Below are positions 63,663 through 64,000 of a stretch of 64,000 nt of DNA, piece after piece (the stretch's first letter is position 1; each line of letters opens with the position of its first letter). The stretch is from Mobula hypostoma (Eukaryota). The DNA is taken from positions 4,836,001 through 4,900,000 of the forward strand of contig NC_086097.1 in assembly GCF_963921235.1 (NCBI RefSeq), written 5' to 3'. Position numbers and translations under genes: made by a program. Under the pieces are notes generated by a model. It was not told the DNA's origin and did no database searches. It saw nothing but the letters and a program-made list of their open reading frames with translations.

Positions 63663-64000
63663 CTGATGGCAGAGGGAAAGAAACTGTTCCTAAAATGCTG
63701 AGTGTGCGTCTTCAAGCTTCTGAACTTCCTCCTTGACGGCAGCAATGAGAAAGGGGGCAGCAATGAGAAAGGGTAACTGCAGGTTAATGATGATGGATAC
63801 AGAGGCCAGTGTCGATGATGGAGTTGGCTGAGTGTTCAACCTACTGCAGCTGACGTTACCATACACATGAATGTAGCCAAACAGGACAGCATTACTCCGG
63901 GGTCAAGGTGAAAAACACAGTATTAACAGTCACACACAGCACAAATCACACATAGCATGTCGAAGATAGAAGATTACACCCACGCAATAAAAGAGTCCAA

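Overview
Repeat-dense eukaryotic (vertebrate) genomic DNA with no prokaryotic features. The mix of CR1-type LINEs, V-SINE/HE1-like SINEs, Rex1/Babar LINEs and Penelope-like elements suggests a cartilaginous fish such as a ray or shark (inference). No host gene is confidently identified; there are only a few splice-flanked exon candidates. Most ORFs in the track are decayed transposon fragments or antisense shadows of them. Main results: (1) a 3.9-kb palindromic Penelope-like (RT + GIY-YIG) insertion inside one perfect 14-bp TSD, whose two inverted arms appear to come from different subfamilies and each carry a minimal hammerhead ribozyme; (2) miniature 165-500 bp hairpin versions of the same architecture, each with its own 11-15 bp TSD; (3) a young CR1 with an uninterrupted EN-RT ORF2; (4) a sushi-like Gypsy element, three solo LTRs, a hAT element with an N-terminal deletion, a Dong/R4 fragment at a (TAA)n tract and a 30-bp minisatellite. 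All calls were made by eye; family names come from motif recognition, not database searches, and boundaries without a TSD are approximate.
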